Part shown: positions 19,531 through 26,513 of the stretch, piece after piece
Numbering within the stretch: the stretch's first letter is position 1
Layout of the letters: each line of letters opens with the position of its first letter
Virus record (IMG/VR): IMGVR_UViG_3300006217_003352
Source: an uncultured virus (IMG/VR IMGVR_UViG_3300006217_003352)
Taxonomy: Duplodnaviria; Heunggongvirae; Uroviricota; Caudoviricetes
Reading direction: 5' to 3' (one strand)
DNA length: 64,000 nucleotides
The notes under the pieces: generated by a model
The model's database searches: none
What the model was told of the DNA's origin: nothing
The model's input: the letters and a program-made list of their open reading frames with translations, nothing else
Position numbers and translations under genes: made by a program

Positions 19531-20146
19531 TTCCCTCCAATTTCTTTTTATCTTTACGAACTTTGCGGAACTTCAAGCCCCACAGCTCCGCGATAAAGCC
19601 AATTACTTCGTGCTGTTTGAGTTGGCAAAGCGATTCTACAAGTCCGTCGTTATCGTCCATCGTTGCCCACTCGATTGCTTGATTTCGCCATTGCTCAACC
19701 GTATAATCGCGGTACATTCCGAACTCGCCGCCCTGCAGGTCTTCCGATACTCTGTATCGGATATGTCCGTCTTTTTCTCTTCTCTCGATTACTTCCTTAT
19801 AGTTACGAGCTTCTTTTGCGGTCTTGCACATTTTTCCAGCGCCGCAATACCAAAACGTCTTGCCGCCGTCAACGCTTGTCTTTACCAGCGCGTCGTATCT
19901 GTAACCGTCGTACCACGCAGGATGCTGACTGTCTATCTTTTTGATGTCTACTATTCTCATTACTTCCGGCAACCGAATTTCTTTCCCCGTTCCTTCCTCG
20001 ACGATTTGGACTTCGTTCAACCCGTACCTGTCAAATAACTTCGTAACGGCTTCGTCGAAACTGTTTACCGCACAGTCGTAACCGATAGACTTATCTTCCG
20101 TTCTGAACTTGTGCCATCCGCTTTCGTACTTATATAAAATCTTCAT
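19517..20146 (-). CDS. Hypothetical phage protein
   Basis: GAGGTG RBS, 209 aa. Confidence 0.7.
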   Translation of the reverse strand: MKILYKYESGWHKFRTEDKSIGYDCAVNSFDEAVTKLFDRYGLNEVQIVEEGTGKEIRLPEVMRIVDIKKIDSQHPAWYDGYRYDALVKTSVDGGKTFWYCGAGKMCKTAKEARNYKEVIERREKDGHIRYRVSEDLQGGEFGMYRDYTVEQWRNQAIEWATMDDNDGLVESLCQLKQHEVIGFIAELWGLKFRKVRKDKKKLEGIEND

Positions 20147-20316
20147 TCACACACCTCTATTCCGCCATACGGTAATCTGTAGTAATTCGGAATTTTAACC
20201 ATCTCACTTGCGTTATTGTAAAAGCAAGATAATATTTCAACTGCTTCGCGCTCCGAAATTTCCGTCTTGACAAACTCTCTTTTCTCGTCGCTCCATACTT
20301 CCTTTACAATTTTCAT
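20143..20316 (-). CDS. 57-aa small protein missing from the ORF track (MKIVKEVWSDEKREF...)
   Basis: Read by hand; ATGA overlap with the next gene. Confidence 0.6.
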   Translation of the reverse strand: MKIVKEVWSDEKREFVKTEISEREAVEILSCFYNNASEMVKIPNYYRLPYGGIEVCE

Positions 20317-20320
20317 AACA

Positions 20321-20647
20321 TTACCCCTTCAAATTACAAATCTTCGTGTAGTCCACGAACTCGCTCGGACGGATTTCCGCAATGCACTCGCCAGTGCAAG
20401 GCGTTAATCCTATGCTGTTGTCTTCGTTTATTAAGAACCGTCTATTGCACTTATATTTTCTGCTCGGAGTTCCTGCGAAAAACGTACCGTCGCCCGTTTC
20501 CGCCACCTTTTCCCATACGCCGCCCGTCCACTGACTTCCATTGAATACCCGCAACACGAGACTGTGGTCTATTGTTTCGTTAAGATGTACTGACGCACCG
20601 TCGTCTATGTACTTGTTTGCCAAATCTATAAGTTCTTTGATAGTCAT
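20321..20647 (-). CDS. Hypothetical phage protein
   Basis: Coupled ORF with GGAGG RBS. Confidence 0.6.
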   Translation of the reverse strand: MTIKELIDLANKYIDDGASVHLNETIDHSLVLRVFNGSQWTGGVWEKVAETGDGTFFAGTPSRKYKCNRRFLINEDNSIGLTPCTGECIAEIRPSEFVDYTKICNLKG

Positions 20648-20946
20648 TGCATTTCCTCCGTTCCAATAAAGGTCAAATCGTAGTCTTTCAATTCTTTCTC
20701 CGTAAGCAACCGTGAATAAACGATCACGTCGTAGAAATTCTCCGCAGGGCTATTGCGCCGCTCAATAAATCCGTCCATCGGTTGACATCCGATTGAGAAC
20801 CCGCGTAACCTCATACCGTACACATACTTTTTCATTTCTTTTTCTTTTGGTTCAAAATGTGTATTGCAAAATCCAAACACAATCCCGATTTCAAGCCTGC
20901 AGTTGTCGATATGTTTACAGTTCTCACAATAACCTTTCATATCCAT
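20644..20946 (-). CDS. Small protein with DarA_C-like C-terminal domain
   Basis: YGMRLRGFSIGCQP...YSRLLTEKELKDYDL motif. Confidence 0.55.
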   Translation of the reverse strand: MDMKGYCENCKHIDNCRLEIGIVFGFCNTHFEPKEKEMKKYVYGMRLRGFSIGCQPMDGFIERRNSPAENFYDVIVYSRLLTEKELKDYDLTFIGTEEMQ

Positions 20947-20949
20947 CTC

Positions 20950-21436
20950 CTACGCTTCAAATACGACAAATTCTTTTGTGCCACTTTTCGACTGTAACCG
21001 CTTGCGTTTGATTATCTTCGCAAACTTCGCCGCCGCGTCTTGTTCTGATTCTGCTTTTACCGTCCATCTTAAAGGCTCACAGTAAAATCCGCAAAGAAAC
21101 TTTTTCATATCGCGCTCCTTATAAATGAGAGAACTCTGCAACAAATCCATCATCCCTGTACGGAAGACCTTTACTGTCGAGCAACTTTTTAATTGTTTCA
21201 ATGCGATAGCCCCAACCATCTGGACTGTACCTGAACTCATTATCTGCTATCGGGTACTTCTCGTTAGATGCGCCGCAATTTCTGTACCGTAACTTACTCC
21301 ATTCTTTTTCCAACTGCTCATCTGTATGCTCCTTATACGGAATACCATACGCTTTGCAGGTATTCTTCCCGCTGAACACGCGCAGCACCTTCCAGCCTTC
21401 TTTTGTAATGACAAGCGTCTTTTCAAACATTTCCAT
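20950..21436 (-). CDS. Two small hypothetical genes (20950-21108 and 21119-21436)
   Basis: AAGGAG and GGAGGGAGG RBSs. Confidence 0.55.
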
Positions 21437-21449
21437 TTTCCTCCCTCCG

Positions 21450-21806
21450 TTAGTCGCTTGTGAGCAGGTCGTACACTTCCTGCGTTTCCTGTCTGTCGTG
21501 AATGGGTAACGGATTCCCAGCAAGTTCGCTGAATCTGCTGTCGCTCGAATAAGCAAGATTCCCGCCGAACATCCATCCAAGATGCTGCGGTCTCGCAACC
21601 GGCTCGATGTGTTTGTACGTTCCAAATCCGAAGTTCCTCGTTACAACTTTTACCAAGTTTTCGGGCGGGTTCTCTTCGTCAATGGTTACGTAGCCTTTAT
21701 CGCACACCAGCAGCAACTGTTCGTATTTACTGCTGATACCGCCGTTCGTGCAATCGCAACCTCTGCGCCGCTTCGTAACGTAAACTTCGATAGGTAATGC
21801 TTTCAT
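21450..21806 (-). CDS. Conserved phage hypothetical protein, first gene after the 21858-21886 promoter
   Basis: DCTNGGIS...MFGGN..SSDSRF..PIHDR pattern; AAAGGAG RBS. Confidence 0.75.
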   Translation of the reverse strand: MKALPIEVYVTKRRRGCDCTNGGISSKYEQLLLVCDKGYVTIDEENPPENLVKVVTRNFGFGTYKHIEPVARPQHLGWMFGGNLAYSSDSRFSELAGNPLPIHDRQETQEVYDLLTSD

Positions 21807-21857
21807 TTCAAACTCCTTTTCGGTCTTGCCGATATGTAATATTTATTTTGTACTTTC

Positions 21858-21886
21858 ATTCTAACTTACAGAATTGTAATTGTCAA
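21858..21886 (-). promoter_or_regulatory. Promoter with operator
   Basis: TTGACA-17-TAGAAT; TTACAG-AA-TTGTAA at 21866-21879; ~95 bp near-identical to 10910-11008. Confidence 0.85.
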
Positions 21887-21946
21887 ACGGATTTCGTGTA
21901 TTTTGCAGATTTTTTTTGAAAATTTTTATTACCGTGTATTCAAGCA

Positions 21947-22085
21947 TATTTCTGCAACAGAAAAACATATTTTGCGTTATTTCTGTGACGATAAAAACGA
22001 TAATTCAATATTTCTGCTACGGGAGTACATATAGTATAGGAAAGTATAGAAAATCATAGATAGTAAAAGAGAGTATAGAGCGTAT
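21947..22085 (+). repeat. Origin-like element 1: three TATTTCTGnnAC repeats at 31-bp period plus a TATAG-rich tract
   Basis: Repeats start at 21947, 21978 and 22009, followed by GGGAGTACATATAGTATAGGAAAGTATAG. Confidence 0.6.
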
Positions 22086-22199
22086 AAACTTCTGGTTGCG
22101 CTTGTAAGCCCTTTTATCGTCCATCCGATAGTTTATAAGAACTTCGTTTTTTGTTAACGTCATATAGCCGTGAGCGCGTATTTTGCTATTTTTGCGCAT

Positions 22200-22237
22200 A
22201 AAAAAAGACCTTGCTATGAATTACTCATAACAAGGTC
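22200..22237 (-). terminator. Rho-independent terminator after yafQ
   Basis: GACCTTG..TATGA/TCATA..CAAGGTC stem plus T-run. Confidence 0.75.
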
Positions 22238-22251
22238 GATTTCGTTTGCGT

Positions 22252-22524
22252 TTAGAACAAATCAGCGTGTGTTCCCGTTCTGGAAAGGAATAGTATCAAT
22301 TCTGTATCGTCTGCCCTATAAACAAGCAACCAGTCAGGGAGTACGTGACATTCGCGGAATCCTGCGTACTTCCCTGTAAGATTATGGTCTCTATATTTTT
22401 CCGGCAGCGTTTCTTTATTTGCGAGTTTTGTTACAACCGCGTCAAGTAAATCCAAATCGTACCCACGTTTCGCGGCAAGTTTCAGATCGCGTTTGAACTG
22501 ATTAGAAAGTACAACTTCAAGCAT
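22252..22524 (-). CDS. yafQ: YafQ-family (RelE/StbE) toxin
   Basis: FKRDLK...LPEKYRDHNLTG..RECHVLPDWLLVY..RTGTHADLF. Confidence 0.92.
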   Translation of the reverse strand: MLEVVLSNQFKRDLKLAAKRGYDLDLLDAVVTKLANKETLPEKYRDHNLTGKYAGFRECHVLPDWLLVYRADDTELILFLSRTGTHADLF

Positions 22525-22525
22525 T

Positions 22526-22798
22526 TCACAGCACCTCGCTTAATGCGGCTTTGAAATTCGGGTATCTTTTATAGGCGCTGGGGTTTTTCTTCATTTCCTC
22601 AAACTCATCCATAGCCGCAATAGTTGTGGCGTTCGGGATTTTTGCGCTTACATCAAACGGAATACCCTGCTCCATCAAGATTCTTTTGAGATACATATTG
22701 ATTGCTGCGGTCATATTCAACCCCATTTCGTCCAAAAGCATCTCAACCGCTTGCTTCGTTCCTTCATCAACGCAAACATTGATTTTAGCAGTAGCCAT
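22526..22798 (-). CDS. dinJ: RelB/DinJ-family antitoxin
   Basis: GLNMTAAINMYL..GIPF..PNATTIAAM; upstream promoter TTGACA-17-TAGAAT at 22834-22862. Confidence 0.9.
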   Translation of the reverse strand: MATAKINVCVDEGTKQAVEMLLDEMGLNMTAAINMYLKRILMEQGIPFDVSAKIPNATTIAAMDEFEEMKKNPSAYKRYPNFKAALSEVL

Positions 22799-22911
22799 AG
22801 TGAACACCTCCAAATAGTTTATTTTATGCTTTCATTCTACTATATTATACTCCATTTGTCAATCATTATGCGCAAGAAAATATCTATTATGCGGAAAATA
22901 TTTCAGGCAAC

Positions 22912-22951
22912 AAAAAAAAGACCCCGCCGTGCTTTTATACACAACGGGGTC
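22912..22951 (-). terminator. Terminator closing the late operon
   Basis: GACCCCG/CGGGGTC stem plus T8. Confidence 0.75.
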
Positions 22952-22979
22952 GTACCTATCAATGCCTTGAATTTTCGCG

Positions 22980-23402
22980 TTACTTAAAGTGCTTTTCTCC
23001 AAGCCGCGTTGCCCAACCTTCAAACCAAATCGAATCGTAATCGGGTAACTCACTATACTTTTTCTTTCCGCTCCGCACAATCAGTTCCCTGTACCAGTAT
23101 CTTATCATAGACGGGATGCTTACGAGAAACGGCATCAAAACACCGAGCATTATGTTCTGTAATCCGTGTCCCGATTCGTGTTGCTTAATGTGCTGCGACG
23201 GATGTTTGTTTACGAAAAAGAAGCCGCCTGCTTCAAAGCCGCCCCAGCCTGAACCTACTTCAAAATATACAAAGTAGTGAAACCGTTGCGGCTTATGCCC
23301 TGTTACGAGAAGCGCAAACGCGCAAATCGCGCCAAAGAGCGTCATAGGCAGCCCCCACGAAAGCGACAGTACCCAGAAGAGAATACCTTTAACTATCTTC
23401 AT
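22980..23402 (-). CDS. Membrane protein with HExxH motif
   Basis: Hydrophobic N-terminus, HESGH, downstream WFEGWA. Confidence 0.7.
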   Translation of the reverse strand: MKIVKGILFWVLSLSWGLPMTLFGAICAFALLVTGHKPQRFHYFVYFEVGSGWGGFEAGGFFFVNKHPSQHIKQHESGHGLQNIMLGVLMPFLVSIPSMIRYWYRELIVRSGKKKYSELPDYDSIWFEGWATRLGEKHFK

Positions 23403-23712
23403 CCGTTTTCTCCGCTTTCTTCTTGACCTGTTTCTTTGCGTACCGTTCTATGCCGTCAAACACCGTCTGAACGAGTGCATCCAGCATTTTGTAAGTAATA
23501 AACGGCTTCAATACCGCAGGTATCAGTTTTTGCAGTTGAGCGATAACTTCTGCCTTTTTTGCGTAGCCTTCCACGTCGTCGTTCTCCGCGTTATCTACTT
23601 CATCTGCGATTGCTTTGGTAATCTTATTCTTAACGTAAAAGTAATAAGACACCAAAATGCCCGCAATCGTTAAGATTGCGAACACAACTGTTAAAATAAT
23701 TTCCCAAGTCAT
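23389..23712 (-). CDS. Holin-like single-TM protein
   Basis: N-terminal TM helix, charged C-terminus, lysis-module position. Confidence 0.5.
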   Translation of the reverse strand: MTWEIILTVVFAILTIAGILVSYYFYVKNKITKAIADEVDNAENDDVEGYAKKAEVIAQLQKLIPAVLKPFITYKMLDALVQTVFDGIERYAKKQVKKKAEKTDEDS

Positions 23713-23718
23713 ATTTCA

Positions 23719-24054
23719 TTACCTCCTATTATTTCTGGGTTTAACTATTTTCTCAACAGGCAACTCCATTATTTCTTCGTATAACTTCGTAATAACTCCG
23801 TTGCCGCCGAGTTCGTGATAGGCTTCATAATTGTGGCGTACCGCTTCTTTTGCGTATATCGGGCAATACCCCTGTCGAGTGTACTTTTCGTGATACTCGA
23901 TAATCTTATTACGCAGAAGGCTTTGGACTCCGTTTTTCAAAGCGTTATTTTCTCGCGTCACCTTTTTGTACCTCATTCCTAAATACGTCGTGAGAGCGCC
24001 GAGCACCCCCGTAATTGCCCACACTATAATGCTCGTAATAATGCTGACAGTCAT
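23719..24054 (-). CDS. Holin-associated membrane protein
   Basis: N-terminal TM; GVQSLLR...AYHELGGNG motif common in Firmicutes phage lysis modules. Confidence 0.6.
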   Translation of the reverse strand: MTVSIITSIIVWAITGVLGALTTYLGMRYKKVTRENNALKNGVQSLLRNKIIEYHEKYTRQGYCPIYAKEAVRHNYEAYHELGGNGVITKLYEEIMELPVEKIVKPRNNRR

Positions 24055-25304
24055 TCTAAATCCTCCGGCTTGATAATAGTTCCTTCAAGGCATTTGTACC
24101 ATAATTCGCAGGGCTGTTCGCACGGCCCTTTCTCACAGGCTTGACAGATATTCTCTATCGTAATAACAGGTTCTTCCATACTCGTCTCCTTGTAAAATAG
24201 TTCGTAAAATAACTTATCCATACGTCTCAAGGTTCGTTTTGCGTTGCAATGTTTGATATGCCCACGCCACGAATTGTAAGATTGCTTGATGTCGAAAAAC
24301 TCTCTTTCTCCTGCTCTATATTTCAGGCTCAACTTCTTCATCTTCCTGCGCTCTTTTACAATTCCCTTTCTCGCTGGAATAACAATAACCTTTCCCGTTT
24401 CTGTAAGAATAAATCTTCGTTTTAAGAACGTGATTCCGCGTGATAATTTGACTATCTGCGTTTTCTTTTCGTTCAGTCTTATTCCGAGACAGGCACAGAT
24501 TTCTCGCAAATCAGCAAGGCATTTCTGCAGATGCTCTTTGCTATGGTGTAACATATAGCCGTCGTCCATATAACGGCCGTAGCCCTTGATATGTAAAACT
24601 TCTTTCACATAGTGATCTAACAGATTCGGAAAGCGAAGCGCCGAGACTTGCGATATTTGACTGCCAAGACCTAAACTTGCTTCTCCACCGAAATCGTCCA
24701 CCAAACGCTTGATGAAACTCGCCAACCGTTTGTCTGGGTAACTGCCATCAATAATCGACTTCAACTTTTCGTGATTGATGCTGTCGAAATATTTTGAAAA
24801 ATCAAATACGAGCGCATAACCTTCGTTACCATACTTTCGATAATGCTGCCGTAAATGAAATTTGAGCCTGTTTACCGCAAAGTCTATGCCTTTGTCTTTC
24901 ATACAGGCGCCGTTGTCATAGATAAACGAATTGCTGAAAATGGGAACGAGCGAATAATCGCAGAGACATCTCTGGACTACCCGCTCGCTGATGTGAACGC
25001 TTTTTATGTGTCGTTCTTTCCCACGTTCTATAATATCGAACTCATAAAAACCTTTACTTTTGAACTTACCACTTCTTAACAGGTCGAGCGTATCGACCAC
25101 ATTGAGCAGGGCGTTCGCTTTGTACCGTTGTGTACTCGCCTTCCACCCTACACCTTTGCAACATCCTTTGTATGCCGCGTACAGGTTCTCAAAGGTAAAT
25201 ACTTTGTCAAAATCTCCGAAATCTTCCGCAAGGCGACGTTTCTTTTCATCGCGCTGCGCCTTGCGTCGTCGATAGCGGAGTTCGTGCCGCTCTTTACTGT
25301 TCAT
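24051..25304 (-). CDS. DGR reverse transcriptase
   Basis: ERVVQRCL, DFSKYFDSI, LGLGSQISQ, RYMDD, ITFL motifs; adjacent TR and Avd; start likely MNSKERHE after a GGAG RBS. Confidence 0.95.
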   Translation of the reverse strand: MNSKERHELRYRRRKAQRDEKKRRLAEDFGDFDKVFTFENLYAAYKGCCKGVGWKASTQRYKANALLNVVDTLDLLRSGKFKSKGFYEFDIIERGKERHIKSVHISERVVQRCLCDYSLVPIFSNSFIYDNGACMKDKGIDFAVNRLKFHLRQHYRKYGNEGYALVFDFSKYFDSINHEKLKSIIDGSYPDKRLASFIKRLVDDFGGEASLGLGSQISQVSALRFPNLLDHYVKEVLHIKGYGRYMDDGYMLHHSKEHLQKCLADLREICACLGIRLNEKKTQIVKLSRGITFLKRRFILTETGKVIVIPARKGIVKERRKMKKLSLKYRAGEREFFDIKQSYNSWRGHIKHCNAKRTLRRMDKLFYELFYKETSMEEPVITIENICQACEKGPCEQPCELWYKCLEGTIIKPEDLE

Positions 25305-25521
25305 AAAAATATCACTCCGTACAGCCAGATTTGGCGAAGTAGGCTGCATAATGTATGACTATTAAACGAGTTTCGCCATTTGTCTCGCAATGCAAGAAGC
25401 GTCCAGTCACCTATATCGGAGGACCCATTTATCCATACGGAAAGGTTACACACCCCTTTTGCAAAGGCATTGATTTCGCTTCATTCTTTGAATGAGTTAC
25501 TTTGTCGAGCCTATACAATCT

Positions 25522-25656
25522 GCAAAAGCCGAAGCACACGCCGTTCGCGTTACTCGCGTTGTTGTTGTTGACGTTGCCATTGTTGTTGACATAGCGGAAG
25601 TTGTTGGTATTACTGACGTTCGGAGACCGAAGCCACCAGTTGTTCGCAGAACCGCC
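25522..25656 (-). ncRNA. DGR template repeat (TR), part of the TR-spacer RNA between avd and RT
   Basis: AAC/AAT-rich copy of both VRs; 36 adenines in the 132-nt core, all at codon positions 1-2. Confidence 0.95.
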
Positions 25657-25693
25657 CAGACAATAATTACGGTATGTAACCTATGGTAAATCC

Positions 25694-26128
25694 TTATTCG
25701 GGTTTTGGTTCGAGATTATACTTTCCCTGCAGGCTCTTTTTGAGAGCCACAACTAATTTCAATTCCGTTGAAATCAGTCTTGCCCATTCTTCCCATACGG
25801 TAGGCTTGATGGGCTTATCTTTTTCGTTGTGCTGTACAATACCTTTTGCAATATCTAACTGCGACGCAAGGCATTGCAGATCACAGACCGCTTGAATGAG
25901 AAAGTTTACTCTGATTTGCGATTCTTCCCGATTTGTAGGATAGACGCTATTTGCCGATTTTACGTTGTTGTAAATTGACCGCGATAAGTCTATGAGTTCC
26001 TTCGTTATCAAGAACATATACCGCTTCGGGAAATTCGCACATCGCTGTATGGTGTAGATTTCAAGTTCCCGCGCCGTATCAAGAAACTGCATAGGACTTT
26101 CGTTTCGCCTATATTTTGGTACTGACAT
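25694..26128 (-). CDS. avd: DGR accessory variability determinant (Avd-like four-helix protein)
   Basis: MSV..R.ES start, FPKRY, ANSVYPT motifs; sits between target and TR. Confidence 0.85.
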   Translation of the reverse strand: MSVPKYRRNESPMQFLDTARELEIYTIQRCANFPKRYMFLITKELIDLSRSIYNNVKSANSVYPTNREESQIRVNFLIQAVCDLQCLASQLDIAKGIVQHNEKDKPIKPTVWEEWARLISTELKLVVALKKSLQGKYNLEPKPE

Positions 26129-26442
26129 TACTCACTTCCTTCCTCCGTCGTTTCTTCCGCTTCCGGGCATAACAACGAGTTCCAAAACTTTTCATTTTTG
26201 ACCGTAAGCGTTTCAAGCACAATCGACGGACTTGCTCCTATTCCGAGATATACGTCGTCGTTCGTTTTTACATTTCTCGCATACCAGCCAACCGGCGAAC
26301 CGTCGTATTTGTATATCAGATGCCATTCCGCATTTTTGATATGCAGGCGGTTGTTTTCGCTGTACGCTTCGCCGTTGAGCGCCGTCGCTATCAATTCGTC
26401 TTTGCCGTTGTTTTGCGGCGCTTCCACAAAATTGTAGACCAT
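26128..26442 (-). CDS. Hypothetical protein between DGR target and avd
   Basis: GAGG RBS; coupled to avd. Confidence 0.7.
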   Translation of the reverse strand: MVYNFVEAPQNNGKDELIATALNGEAYSENNRLHIKNAEWHLIYKYDGSPVGWYARNVKTNDDVYLGIGASPSIVLETLTVKNEKFWNSLLCPEAEETTEEGSE

Positions 26443-26473
26443 AATTCTTACCTCTCTTTTCGATTATTTTTAT

Positions 26474-26499
26474 CTCTGCGCCCACACAGGGGCGCAGAG
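26474..26499 (-). other. DGR target hairpin downstream of VR1
   Basis: CTCTGCGCCC-6 nt loop-GGGCGCAGAG, 14 nt past the stop codon, no U-tract. Confidence 0.75.
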
Positions 26500-26513
26500 T
26501 ATATGATTCTGGA

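Noticed and set aside
10910..21940. The ~95-bp direct repeats as attL/attR or CRISPR repeats
   Set aside because: They are promoter-operator units heading operons; there is no spacer array, and phage genes continue on both sides.
24051..25304. RT as a group II intron, retron or Abi RT
   Set aside because: Adjacent Avd, TR and adenine-specific VR mismatches identify a DGR; no maturase/endonuclease domain or msr-msd seen.
25540..25645. GTT/AAC trinucleotide runs as a microsatellite, and ORF 25492-25689(+) as a gene
   Set aside because: These are the AAC codons of the DGR template repeat; the plus-strand ORF is its antisense shadow.
26474..26499. Hairpins after the two VRs as intrinsic terminators
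   Set aside because: Neither has a U-tract on the coding strand, and the VR1 hairpin is inside the operon leading to avd; their position fits DGR homing hairpins.
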